A stretch of 41,692 nt of DNA from an uncultured Gammaproteobacteria bacterium (GCA_964609295.1 CAZSQT010000005.1:1-41692); one strand, 5' to 3'; counted from the stretch's first letter, positions 26,918-36,872 are shown. Notes: generated by a model from the letters alone, not told the origin. A program made the numbers and translations.

Positions 26918-27632
26918 GTAACACTAATTGCCTTTTGATTCTTGATGGCTGTCTAATCAAAGAATAAAACCATTCTAATCCAAATTTACGCCAAAAAATA
27001 GGTGCTCTTTTAAGATCACCACTATAATAATCAAAGCTCCTCCCCACCCCCATCACCATTCCTACCTTTAATTTTGATAAATTTCTAACAATCCATTCTT
27101 CTTGTCGTTTCATTCCATAAGCTACCAACAAAATATCAATTTTTTTACCCTTCAACTCCTTCAATATCTTTTCATCCTCACCAATTGCCAAGCCACAATA
27201 AGAACCAGCCACCTTGGTCTTGTACTTTTTTTTAAAATATTCAGCTGTTCTCTTCGATCTATCACCAAAACCACCCAAAAAATAAATATTCCAATTATTT
27301 ACACGAGACAAACGACATAAATCATCAACCAAATCACTTCCTGCTACTATTTCTGGCCTTTTACCTGTTTTCCTTTTGACTGCCCAAGCCAAACCAACTC
27401 CATCTATAACATTCAAATTAGTCTTCTGTAAAATATCATTAAAATCCCTATCCTTACAGGCATTCATTACAAATTCAGGATTTACCGTTGCTATCCAAAA
27501 ATTCTCTTTTTTCCTAGCCAAAACACCCTTAATCAGAGTTAGCACTTCATCCTTACTTCCGCTAAATATAGGAATATTAAAGATATTGACTATCTTTAGG
27601 TTATTTTTATGTATTAAACTACCAGATTTCAT
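26877..27632 (-). CDS. WecB/TagA/CpsF family glycosyltransferase
   Basis: TVNPE, DGVG, GSDL, GVG.SFD..RAP...GLEW..L..QP.R. AGGAG SD before ATG 27632. Confidence 0.92.
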   Translation of the reverse strand: MKSGSLIHKNNLKIVNIFNIPIFSGSKDEVLTLIKGVLARKKENFWIATVNPEFVMNACKDRDFNDILQKTNLNVIDGVGLAWAVKRKTGKRPEIVAGSDLVDDLCRLSRVNNWNIYFLGGFGDRSKRTAEYFKKKYKTKVAGSYCGLAIGEDEKILKELKGKKIDILLVAYGMKRQEEWIVRNLSKLKVGMVMGVGRSFDYYSGDLKRAPIFWRKFGLEWFYSLIRQPSRIKRQLVLPKFFLKVLFQARG

Positions 27633-27960
27633 AGTTCTCCTACTCAAATTCTATCAGAAAAATAGTCAAAAAACACTAATTTCTTTCAAAAACAAATTTA
27701 AGCCCATTGTTTCAAAAATAAATTCCCCTATTTTTAAGCAACATATTCATTATTTATAAGTCATTTTTTATAAATATATCAACCCCCAAATCACTATAAA
27801 AATATAAGATACAAATATAAAAATATAAAAAATAAAAAAATAAATATATTGAATAAATTATTTACTCAAAAAAATACCAGTAGTTACAAAAAATAATAAA
27901 ATATCTTTAAAAAAGATAAAAAAAGAAATAAATTATTATAATACTAAAATACAATAAAAT

Positions 27961-28977
27961 TTACCAATTAGAATATTGCTTCAATGCTCTATTATAGGTA
28001 TCTAAATTTTCCATCACCATCCCCATGCCTTTTATCACACACAAACGAGGATCATTAGCCACATGAGCCGAAACACCTATTTCCCTAGTAATTAAAATAT
28101 TCAAATTCTTCAACTGAGCCCCTCCACCGCTTAAAACAATACCTCTATCAATAATATCTGCAACTAATTCCGGTGGCGTAGTTTCTAGGGCATCTCGTAT
28201 CGCCATAATCATCAAATCCAAGACTGGTCGAATTGCTTCATAAACTATTGCCGAATCAACCTCCATATTTTTTGGTAAACCATTCAAGGTATCTCGACCA
28301 TTTATCTCCATTTTTTCCACCTTTTTTAACCTAATAGCACTTCCCAAATTAATTTTTATATTTTCCACCGTTTGCTCTCCCACCACCAAACCATAATTTT
28401 TTTTCAAAAAATCTCGAATAGCTTCATCAATTTTGTAGCCTCCCAGACGAACGCTTTTGTGTGTTACTACTCCACCCAAGGCTACAACTGCCGCCTCAGT
28501 TACTCCTCCTCCAAAGTCAACAATCATATTACCAAAACTCTCAGAAACCGGTATTTTTGCTCCAATCGCCGCCGCCAAAGGCTTATCAATTAAAAAAACT
28601 TTTCTTGAACCAGCGGACAAAACTGAATCCATTACTGCTCTCTGTTCCACTTGAGTCACTCCTGCCGGTACCCCCACCAACACCTCTGGCCCAAAAAGCC
28701 AACCACTTCTAGAAACTTCTTTCAAAAAATATTTAATCATTGCCTGAGTCACTTCATAATCAGAAATAACCCCATTTTCCAAAGGTCTTACAATTTCAAT
28801 ATACTCAGGAGTTTTTCCAAGCATTTTTTTTGCTTCACTTCCTACCGCCATAACCTTTTTATCTTCCAATCCTACCGCCACAATTGTCGGTTCATCCAAT
28901 ACAACACCCTTTCCAGACTCCCAAACCAAACTGTTCATTGTACCCAGATCTAATCCTAACTTTTTGATTAAACTCAT
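27961..28977 (-). CDS. mreB: rod shape-determining actin-like protein
   Basis: GLDLGT.N, RPLENGVI, VDFGGG.TE, LSGGGA. Confidence 0.95.
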   Translation of the reverse strand: MSLIKKLGLDLGTMNSLVWESGKGVVLDEPTIVAVGLEDKKVMAVGSEAKKMLGKTPEYIEIVRPLENGVISDYEVTQAMIKYFLKEVSRSGWLFGPEVLVGVPAGVTQVEQRAVMDSVLSAGSRKVFLIDKPLAAAIGAKIPVSESFGNMIVDFGGGVTEAAVVALGGVVTHKSVRLGGYKIDEAIRDFLKKNYGLVVGEQTVENIKINLGSAIRLKKVEKMEINGRDTLNGLPKNMEVDSAIVYEAIRPVLDLMIMAIRDALETTPPELVADIIDRGIVLSGGGAQLKNLNILITREIGVSAHVANDPRLCVIKGMGMVMENLDTYNRALKQYSNW

Positions 28978-29022
28978 ATTTCATTTTAACAATTAAATCG
29001 CATTATTATATATAATACATGT

Positions 29023-30234
29023 ATGACATCACATCCAACCCACCACAAAAGCTTTTTTGTCATTATTGCCGTGCTTATTTTTATTGTTAGCACTACCCTA
29101 TTAATTTCCCTATATGCCAGAGGTTACAAATTAGACCTCAATGGCACTCCTACAATTAGATCCACTGGGATACTTTCTCTTATGTCAAAGCCCAAATCAG
29201 CCTCTGTTTATATTAACGACCATCTTACTACTGCTACCGACGATACCTTAGGTCTTTTGCCAGGAGAATACACTGTCAAGATAGTCAAAGATGGCTTCAA
29301 TCCTTGGCAAAAAACAATTAATATCAAAAAAGAAATTGTTACCCAAATCGATGCCCAACTCTTCAAATCTGTACCCGATCTCAAATCTCTCACTGTTTCT
29401 GGAGCTATCAACCCAGTCTTAAGTCCTGATGGTAACAAAATAATTTATGCCGTTGCTTCTGCATCAGCCAACAAAAACAACGGCCTCTATCTTATGGATA
29501 TTTCTTCCCCCACCTTATTATCCACCAACAAAAATGTCCCCAAGCAATTATCTTCCAATTATCCAAATATAAATTGGGCCGAATTTAACTTCAAATTTTC
29601 TCCAAATTCCAAAAATGTTATCGCTACTAATATTAATTCCCATATCTCCTACTTCTTCTCAGTTGACAGCAATCTATCATTAAGAGATATTGTCGATATT
29701 ACTCCTCGTCTCAAAGTTATCGAAAACGAATGGCAAGAACAAGCTGCCCTATACACCCTTAATTCTCTCGAAAAAATACCAGAGGAAATCAAAAATTTAA
29801 TTGCTACAGAATCATCCAAAAACTTCGAATTTTCTAGTTCAGCCGAAAAAATACTTTATTTAGCTACAACAGACAATGAAATACCCCAAGCTATTATCAC
29901 CCCTCCTCTCAATCCCAGCACCCAACAACAACACCGTCAAATAGAAAAAGACAACTATTATGTCTATGATTTCAAAGAAGACACTAATTTTCTTATTGGC
30001 CACAAAGATGAAATCATCAACCCCTTCTGGCTAGCCAATTCCAACAATATTGTTTATATCAATGACCAAAAAATCAAAACAATCGAATACGACGCCACCA
30101 ACAAACAAATAATTTTTGCCGGTGATTTTGATACTGAAGTTGTTTTCCCTTCACCAGACGGCAATAAAATCATCACTTTAACTGCCCCATACCAAGGTAC
30201 ATCCAAAAACTTATACGCTATTTTGATCAAATAA
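29023..30234 (+). CDS. membrane-anchored PEGA-domain protein with TolB-like propeller
   Basis: N-terminal TM, S.P..A.VYIN..L.PGEY.V.I.KDG...W PEGA pattern, repeated SPDG/FSP. Confidence 0.85.
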   Translation: MTSHPTHHKSFFVIIAVLIFIVSTTLLISLYARGYKLDLNGTPTIRSTGILSLMSKPKSASVYINDHLTTATDDTLGLLPGEYTVKIVKDGFNPWQKTINIKKEIVTQIDAQLFKSVPDLKSLTVSGAINPVLSPDGNKIIYAVASASANKNNGLYLMDISSPTLLSTNKNVPKQLSSNYPNINWAEFNFKFSPNSKNVIATNINSHISYFFSVDSNLSLRDIVDITPRLKVIENEWQEQAALYTLNSLEKIPEEIKNLIATESSKNFEFSSSAEKILYLATTDNEIPQAIITPPLNPSTQQQHRQIEKDNYYVYDFKEDTNFLIGHKDEIINPFWLANSNNIVYINDQKIKTIEYDATNKQIIFAGDFDTEVVFPSPDGNKIITLTAPYQGTSKNLYAILIK

Positions 30235-30754
30235 TAACTACCACAAACGATTAGCTAGATACAAATTGGCTCACCAAAGCCTCTAAAACAAAACTAAATA
30301 ATCTCACGCTAACAAATGATTCAATCCAAAAAATTTTAGTCTTCTAAAATACCATAAATAATATAAAAAAATAATCTTATAATATTACCTAAATTACATT
30401 TATATCAAAAAAGTCATTTTATAACTAAAAAAATAGCAATTAATTTAATTAATAAGCAAAAATAAAGCTTTATACCTATCTTAAGAATAATTTTATCAAA
30501 ACTCAAAATATAGCACTCCAAGAGGTCATTTGCTAAATACAAATTTAAGAAAAGATTAATATATCTACCTTTCTAATTCTTTGTATATACAAAAATAAAT
30601 AACTGTATCAGATAAAATCCATATCCTCTAAGGAGATATAATAAAAAGCTCAAAATAATGATAAAATTACCCTAGTAATCAAAATAAAACTAAGGATATT
30701 TTAATTAAAACAACTTAACATTTAGTTAAAAACTCCTTATTTGTAGTAAAATAA

Positions 30755-30827
30755 CGGAGATTGGCGCAATTGGTAGCGCGCAGCGTTCGGGACGCTGAGG
30801 TTGCTGGTTCGAATCCAGTATCTCCGA
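30755..30827 (+). tRNA. tRNA-Pro(CGG)
   Basis: Acceptor CGGAGAT/ATCTCCG, anticodon arm CAGCG-TTCGGGA-CGCTG, T-loop GTTCGAATC. CCA not encoded. Confidence 0.96.
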
Positions 30828-30863
30828 CAATTACTACTAATACTAATTATTAGTTACTAACTC

Positions 30864-30935
30864 GTCCTCATAGTTCAACGGATAGAACGCGGGTTTCCTA
30901 AACCTGAAATGGGGGTTCAATTCCCCCTGAGGATA
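30864..30935 (+). tRNA. tRNA-Arg(CCT)
   Basis: Acceptor GTCCTCA/TGAGGAT, anticodon arm CGGGT-TTCCTAA-ACCTG, T-loop GTTCAATTC. CCA not encoded. Confidence 0.95.
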
Positions 30936-30959
30936 CTTACTTCAAGCTAGATCAAGATA

Positions 30960-31080
30960 ATTTTTATCTTTCTCCGCAGATTTTAAAGCTAAATAACTAT
31001 ATTAACCGAAACATTTTTATCTTTCTCCGCACAATAATCTTATTAATTTATCTAAAATAATTCATCATATTCTCCGCACA
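30960..31080. repeat. spaced direct repeats downstream of tRNA-Arg
   Basis: ATTTTTATCTTTCTCCGCA at 30960-78 and 31013-31. Core TTCTCCGCA again at 31070-78. Confidence 0.75.
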
Positions 31081-31390
31081 TACTGTGTTGATTTAATTCA
31101 ATTTTTACTATAATTTAACAACTTTATATATCATTTTTTACCGCATTAGTCTTAAAACAATTCAAAAATCTCTAAAAACAACACTAAACAACCTTTTACT
31201 TCAATTAAGACAAAACAAAGCTATTGTAGTCAAATCATATATATCAAAAAACATCTACCAACTTAAAACAAAAACCTTGCCCTTTAGTCAATAATTAAAC
31301 ACGCAATAAATTGTCAAAAACAAAAAAATAAAAAGTATTCCCCATTCAATCAACCAAAAAGAAACATTAAACAATCTAGCAAAACAATTT

Positions 31391-33727
31391 CTAACTGCCA
31401 ATTACCAAGTTTAACACTCTTCCTTTAACATAAATTGTTCTCAAAATCTTTTTTTTCTCTAACCATTTACTAAGATCAGCATTTTTATTGACTAGAGACA
31501 AAACTTCTTCTTCACAAGCGTCAGTAGAAACTTCCAACTTAGCCCTAACTTTTCCATTTATAGAAACTGGCAACAAAACCCTTTCTTTGATTAAAATATC
31601 ATCTTCTATCTCCGGCCAAGCACAAAGATGAATAGAACTAGGATCATTATTTGTTTTAACTAAACTCCAAAGCTCTTCAGCCAAATAAGGAGCCATAGGT
31701 GCTATCAAGATAAGCATCTTCTTTATTTCATTTATGCCTATAGATTTATCACCCAAGCTATTCAATAACTCCATTATTTTAGCTATTGCTGTATTAAATT
31801 TAAAAGAATCTATCTCATCACCCACCATTTTTACAGTCCTATCTATTAGCAAAACCACATTATCATCGCTAACACTATTAGTGTCTATTTGTTTTTTGAT
31901 ATATTTCTCGAATTTTTCCAAAAACCTTTTAATTCCAACCAAAGTCTTTTCATTCCAAGCAATTGTACTATTAAATGGTCCCAAAAACATCAAAAATAAT
32001 CTCAAAACATCAACACCATCCCTGTCTGCTACAACTTCTGGAATAATCACATTTCCCCGAGACTTACTCATCCTCTGATTATCTGAACCCAAAATAACTC
32101 CATGGGATAATCTTTTTAAATAAGGCTCATTTGTAACCACCACTCCTATTTTTTTCAAAAAACGATAAATAAACCTCGAATACAACAAATGCAAAGTATT
32201 ATGCTCATCACCACCAACATAAATATCAACTGGCATCCAATATTTCATCTTTTCTTGACTGCATATTTCTGTATCATTATTGGGATCAATATATCTCAAA
32301 AAATACCAATCAGACCCAGCCCAATTAGGCATCGTGTCCGTTTCTCTTTTTGCCTCTCCACCACAAAGAGGACATTTAGTTTTTACAAAACTATCAATCT
32401 TGGACAGAGGACTCTCTCCTGTCTCTGTTGGTTCATACTCTTTGACATCTGGCAAAACAACAGGTAAATCTTCTTCAGGTACTGGTTGCCAACCACATTT
32501 TTGACAATAAATCATAGGTATAGGTTCACCCCAATAATGTTGTCTACTAAAAATCCAATCTCTCAAATGATAAGAACAAGTTTCTTCTCCATACTTCAAA
32601 GCCTCTTCCATTGGTAAATTTTCTTCATCAACTATTTCTAGATTAAACTTTTTGGCAAATGCCTCATCTCTTTCATCTTGTGCCGGCACTGACATAATCG
32701 CCCCTGTCCCATAAGTTGACAAAACAAAATCAGAAATCCAAACCGGTATTTTTTTATTATTGTAAGGATTAATCACATACAAACCACTAAAAACTCCTGT
32801 TTTTTCTTTATTAAGCTCCCCTCTTTCAAGATCACTCTTCTTCCTCGCCTCTTCCACATACTTCTTGATAGTTTCAGAATTAATTTTAGGACCCCCGCCA
32901 CTGCGGGGCGAGGACTTCAAAATTAATTCTGAAACTAAAGGATGCTCCGGTGCTAAAACCAAAAAAGTCGCACTAGGCAAAGTATCTGGCCTAGTCGTAA
33001 ATACCTCAATTTGTTTCTTGGAATTTGTTTCTTGGAATTTTAATATTGCCCCTTTTGATTTCCCAATCCAATTAATTTGAGATTGCTTAATTTTTTCCTC
33101 AAATTGAGTCTCATCAAGTCCTTCTATCAGCTCGTCAGCATACTTGGTAATTTTAACTATCCATTGTGATATATTTCGTCTACTCACTTCAGCTCCACAC
33201 CTCTCACATTTTCCTCCCACTACTTCCTCATTAGCCAAACCTATTTTACATACTGGACACCAATTTATAGGCATTTCTTTTTTGTATGCCAAACCATGTT
33301 TAAATAACTGAACAAAAATCCATTGAGTCCATTTATAATATTTAGGATCAGTTGTATTAATCTCCCGACTCCAATCAAAAGAAAAAGCCAATCGCTTCAT
33401 TTGATTTCTAAACATATCAGTATTTTCTTTTGTCACATCTTTAGGATTTTTTTTATTTTTAATCGCATAATTCTCTGTCGGCAAACCAAAAGCATCCCAA
33501 CCCATTGGAAACAAAACATTTAAACCTTTCATCCTGTTTAAACGAGCATAAATATCAATTCCTGTAAAAGTAAAAGCATGTCCTATATGAAGCCCACTAC
33601 CAGAAGGATAAGGAAACTCTACTAAAATATATTTTTTCTTTTTGGAATCATTATCAATTGCCCTAAACATAGACCCATTCTCCTCCCAAAAATCTTGCCA
33701 TTTTTTTTCTTGTTTGATATCTATCAT
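31391..33727 (-). CDS. leuS: leucine--tRNA ligase
   Basis: FPYPSG.GLHIGH, GWDAFGLP, CP1 FTTRPDT/GTGAIMSVPAQD, RMSKSRGN. Confidence 0.97.
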   Translation of the reverse strand: MIDIKQEKKWQDFWEENGSMFRAIDNDSKKKKYILVEFPYPSGSGLHIGHAFTFTGIDIYARLNRMKGLNVLFPMGWDAFGLPTENYAIKNKKNPKDVTKENTDMFRNQMKRLAFSFDWSREINTTDPKYYKWTQWIFVQLFKHGLAYKKEMPINWCPVCKIGLANEEVVGGKCERCGAEVSRRNISQWIVKITKYADELIEGLDETQFEEKIKQSQINWIGKSKGAILKFQETNSKKQIEVFTTRPDTLPSATFLVLAPEHPLVSELILKSSPRSGGGPKINSETIKKYVEEARKKSDLERGELNKEKTGVFSGLYVINPYNNKKIPVWISDFVLSTYGTGAIMSVPAQDERDEAFAKKFNLEIVDEENLPMEEALKYGEETCSYHLRDWIFSRQHYWGEPIPMIYCQKCGWQPVPEEDLPVVLPDVKEYEPTETGESPLSKIDSFVKTKCPLCGGEAKRETDTMPNWAGSDWYFLRYIDPNNDTEICSQEKMKYWMPVDIYVGGDEHNTLHLLYSRFIYRFLKKIGVVVTNEPYLKRLSHGVILGSDNQRMSKSRGNVIIPEVVADRDGVDVLRLFLMFLGPFNSTIAWNEKTLVGIKRFLEKFEKYIKKQIDTNSVSDDNVVLLIDRTVKMVGDEIDSFKFNTAIAKIMELLNSLGDKSIGINEIKKMLILIAPMAPYLAEELWSLVKTNNDPSSIHLCAWPEIEDDILIKERVLLPVSINGKVRAKLEVSTDACEEEVLSLVNKNADLSKWLEKKKILRTIYVKGRVLNLVIGS
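32890..32909 (-). repeat. GC palindrome inserted in frame in leuS
   Basis: Reverse complement GCCCCGCAGTGGCGGGGGTC, versus GCCCCGCATTGGCGGGGTC at 17176-17194. Confidence 0.75.
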
Positions 33728-33765
33728 TTAACTATATTTTACTATAAAATCTTCATTATTCAGAT

Positions 33766-34737
33766 ATGAAATTAGTTCGCCCAAATTATCTCATTATTGC
33801 TCTTTTTACTCTCATTGGTTTTTTTGTTGGTTATTTTATTCACCCCAACAAATCCAATATATTTACAGAAATCAGAAATAAAGGCACTTATACCTTTATC
33901 AATCCCCTCCTTGAATGTGAATACAATTTTAGTCCTCAAAGTCAAAAAAATACTCAAAAGATTAAAAATGAGATTAGCAATTACATCAACCAATCGCTAG
34001 AAGATAACAATATATTCGCTGCTTCCATATATTTTAGAGATTTAAACAATGGACCATCTTTTGGTATCAACGAAAAAGAACTCTTCTCCCCTGCCAGCTT
34101 ACTTAAGGTTCCTCTTATGATCGCTTATTTTAAAGAAAGCGAATACTCACCTGGAATCCTCCAGCAAAGCATCCTTTTTGATCATTCGGTCAACCAACAA
34201 GAACAAAATATCAAACCAGAAAAAGAACTCATCAGTGGCGAAGAATATTCTATCGAAGAACTAATCAGAAGAATGATTGTTTATTCTGACAACGAAGCCT
34301 ACGAACTACTTATCAACAATATTAACATTACAAATTACGAAAAAATCTTTAATGATCTCGGTATAGATATCTCTCTGGCCAAAGACAATCCGGGTGGCAA
34401 TATTATTAATATCAAAAGCTACGCTTCTTTTTTTCGCGTCCTCTACAATGCTTCTTATCTAAGCAAAGAAATGTCAGAAACAGCTCTTGATCTACTTTCA
34501 CAATCAACTTACAAAAAAGGACTCGTCAAACCCCTCCCCAAAGATCTTCTCGTCGCTCACAAATTTGGAGAAAGAAATTATCTGACTAGTCAAGACAAAC
34601 AACTCCATGATTGTGGCATCATTTATCTCCTCAACAAGCCTTACCTCCTCTGTATTATGTCTAAAGGCAACGACTTTGATACACTAAGCAAATTTATTCA
34701 AAATGCATCCTACATCGTCTACAAACACCTTATTTAA
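33766..34737 (+). CDS. class A beta-lactamase-related serine hydrolase, membrane anchored
   Basis: SxxK (ASLLK), SDN, HKFG in place of KTG, HDCGII. N-terminal TM. Confidence 0.88.
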   Translation: MKLVRPNYLIIALFTLIGFFVGYFIHPNKSNIFTEIRNKGTYTFINPLLECEYNFSPQSQKNTQKIKNEISNYINQSLEDNNIFAASIYFRDLNNGPSFGINEKELFSPASLLKVPLMIAYFKESEYSPGILQQSILFDHSVNQQEQNIKPEKELISGEEYSIEELIRRMIVYSDNEAYELLINNINITNYEKIFNDLGIDISLAKDNPGGNIINIKSYASFFRVLYNASYLSKEMSETALDLLSQSTYKKGLVKPLPKDLLVAHKFGERNYLTSQDKQLHDCGIIYLLNKPYLLCIMSKGNDFDTLSKFIQNASYIVYKHLI

Positions 34738-34742
34738 TCCTT

Positions 34743-36872
34743 TTATTCATATCTCAAAGCATTAAGAGCCGATATCTTTCTTGCCCTTACTGAAGGATAC
34801 CAACCAGTTACTACCCCAACGATAAAAGATATCAACAAAATAAAGCCAATAAAAAACCATGGGATATAAGTAATACTCATAAAACCTTGCCCCTTTGACA
34901 ATGAGATAGAACTCAAAAACAAAGATGACAGCTGACCCAATCCATATCCAAACAAAATTCCAAAAATACCTCCACCCAAACCCATTATCATCGATTCTGC
35001 CATGAACAACTCTCTCACCTCATTTGGAAGCATTCCTATAGCCTTCATAACTCCTACCTCCCTCGTTCTCTCCAATAGAGATACTGTCATAGTGTTAAAC
35101 ATTCCCAAAGAAGCCACCGCCAAAGCGATAGTTCCCAAAAATCCCAAAATCAATCTCAAAGTTTTAAATATTTTTTCTATTTCAGTTACCGTATCTACGG
35201 TACTGCTTGTCTTAAATCCCAAAGTTTGAACAGCATTTCTTACTTCAGACAAAGAATTAGTATTTTTTGCTACAATTTTTATCTGCGAATAATTTTTGAT
35301 TCCCAATCGCTTAGCGTCAGCCAAATTATAATAATAAAAACTACTATTATCATCCTCCACTACCCCTTTAATTACATATTCAACTTCTTTTGATTGTAAT
35401 CTCCCAGTCTTGTCAGGAATCATACTGTCAATAATAATATAAGAAACCATAAACTTTTCTCCTATTGCCTTATCAGAGGCCACACCAAACAATTTCAACA
35501 TTCCAGTTGTCACATAAGCTTCCCCTGAGGGCAATCCCAAAAATTCTACTTCTTGAACAGTATTAGGATCATCTCCAGCCTTCATTAATTCAATCCATTC
35601 CACTCCAGATTCATCAGTAAAAACTTCTGTCCCAAAAGCCGAAGTTGTTGCCTCCTCTGTCTCTTCTTCACTTTCTTCATCAAAAACCTCATCTTCAGAC
35701 ATAGATTCATCCAATTCCAAAGTTGTCGCCGAATCACTCGCCTCATCCGTAATTCCCAACACCTCACCATACAAATAATCTTCCAAACTCTTAAATTCTA
35801 AAATAAAACTATCTTCATAATCTATTTTTATTTTATCCTTCCTAATATAACCAACCATCCATTTTTGAATTCCTCCAGCCGACAACTGAGGAATAGCCCT
35901 ACCATCCTCACCCACATCCCACAATGGCACCTTAGTTTTAATCCATTTAGAATACTGATCTTCATTAAATAAATTTTTGGCTAACAATTCAGGATCATCA
36001 TAATATTTATCTCCCCAAATCTCTTCTCCAACATAACCACCTTCATTTCTCACTACATAGCCAATTACCTCTGCTCCTAATTCTGCTTTTTCATAAACCA
36101 TCAATCTATCATTTGGATTTACATTATAATTATAAATATGCTCATCAACTTTTTCCCCATACTCAACAAAAACTACCTCTTGACTTATCCCTTGCACCTC
36201 ACCCGAATTATCAAAAGTAAAATCCAAGTCTTTATCTTCAAAATTCCCTCCATGTATAAATTTAGGACTTACTGCCTTAATATAACGACTATCCACCCCA
36301 AAAGATCTCACATCCAAAACCGAATTATTATATTTTATTTTGGAAACCATTGAAACCAAAGGAATTACATCCTCAACTCCGTCAAAACTATATATCTTTT
36401 CAATAATTTCGTCATCCATCTTGAGAGATAAAGAATCAGCCCCAGTAATATCCGCCATCCTAAGTTCATCTAGCCTCGCCACCTTCGAAATAACCATTTT
36501 TTCAAGACCATAGCCAATTGATACCAAAAAAACAATAGCTCCAACACCAACTGCTACTCCTCCAATTGTTACAAAAGATCGATTCTTCTTGGCCCTCATA
36601 TTTCTAAAAGAAAGTTCTATCAGATAAATTCTTGACATCTTATTTTTGACATTACCATCCAAAAATTTCATAAAATTATCACATGCTATAGCCAAAAGAT
36701 CCAAGCGAATCAATTTAAAAATTTTTCCTACAAACCTTATCTTTATCAAAAGCTTAAAAAAATCTCTCAAAACATATAAAAACAAAATAACAATAAAAAT
36801 AAAATTAGACCAAGAAGCTCCTCCTAGTTTTTTCAAAAAAATTACCAAAGATTGTATTTTAATTTTTTTCAT
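34743..36872 (-). CDS. MacB/FtsX-like ABC permease with very large extracytoplasmic domain
   Basis: R.FVTIGGVAVGVGAIV TM1, NTMTVSLLERTREVGVMKAIG, three C-terminal TMs, ALRYE end. Confidence 0.92.
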   Translation of the reverse strand: MKKIKIQSLVIFLKKLGGASWSNFIFIVILFLYVLRDFFKLLIKIRFVGKIFKLIRLDLLAIACDNFMKFLDGNVKNKMSRIYLIELSFRNMRAKKNRSFVTIGGVAVGVGAIVFLVSIGYGLEKMVISKVARLDELRMADITGADSLSLKMDDEIIEKIYSFDGVEDVIPLVSMVSKIKYNNSVLDVRSFGVDSRYIKAVSPKFIHGGNFEDKDLDFTFDNSGEVQGISQEVVFVEYGEKVDEHIYNYNVNPNDRLMVYEKAELGAEVIGYVVRNEGGYVGEEIWGDKYYDDPELLAKNLFNEDQYSKWIKTKVPLWDVGEDGRAIPQLSAGGIQKWMVGYIRKDKIKIDYEDSFILEFKSLEDYLYGEVLGITDEASDSATTLELDESMSEDEVFDEESEEETEEATTSAFGTEVFTDESGVEWIELMKAGDDPNTVQEVEFLGLPSGEAYVTTGMLKLFGVASDKAIGEKFMVSYIIIDSMIPDKTGRLQSKEVEYVIKGVVEDDNSSFYYYNLADAKRLGIKNYSQIKIVAKNTNSLSEVRNAVQTLGFKTSSTVDTVTEIEKIFKTLRLILGFLGTIALAVASLGMFNTMTVSLLERTREVGVMKAIGMLPNEVRELFMAESMIMGLGGGIFGILFGYGLGQLSSLFLSSISLSKGQGFMSITYIPWFFIGFILLISFIVGVVTGWYPSVRARKISALNALRYE

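Noticed and set aside
27650-27960. Very AT-rich gap between the WecB/TagA gene and mreB
   Set aside because: No ORF, repeat or stable structure could be supported.
30960-31080. CRISPR array
   Set aside because: Only two full 19-bp copies, uneven spacing, no repeat palindrome and no cas genes in the window.
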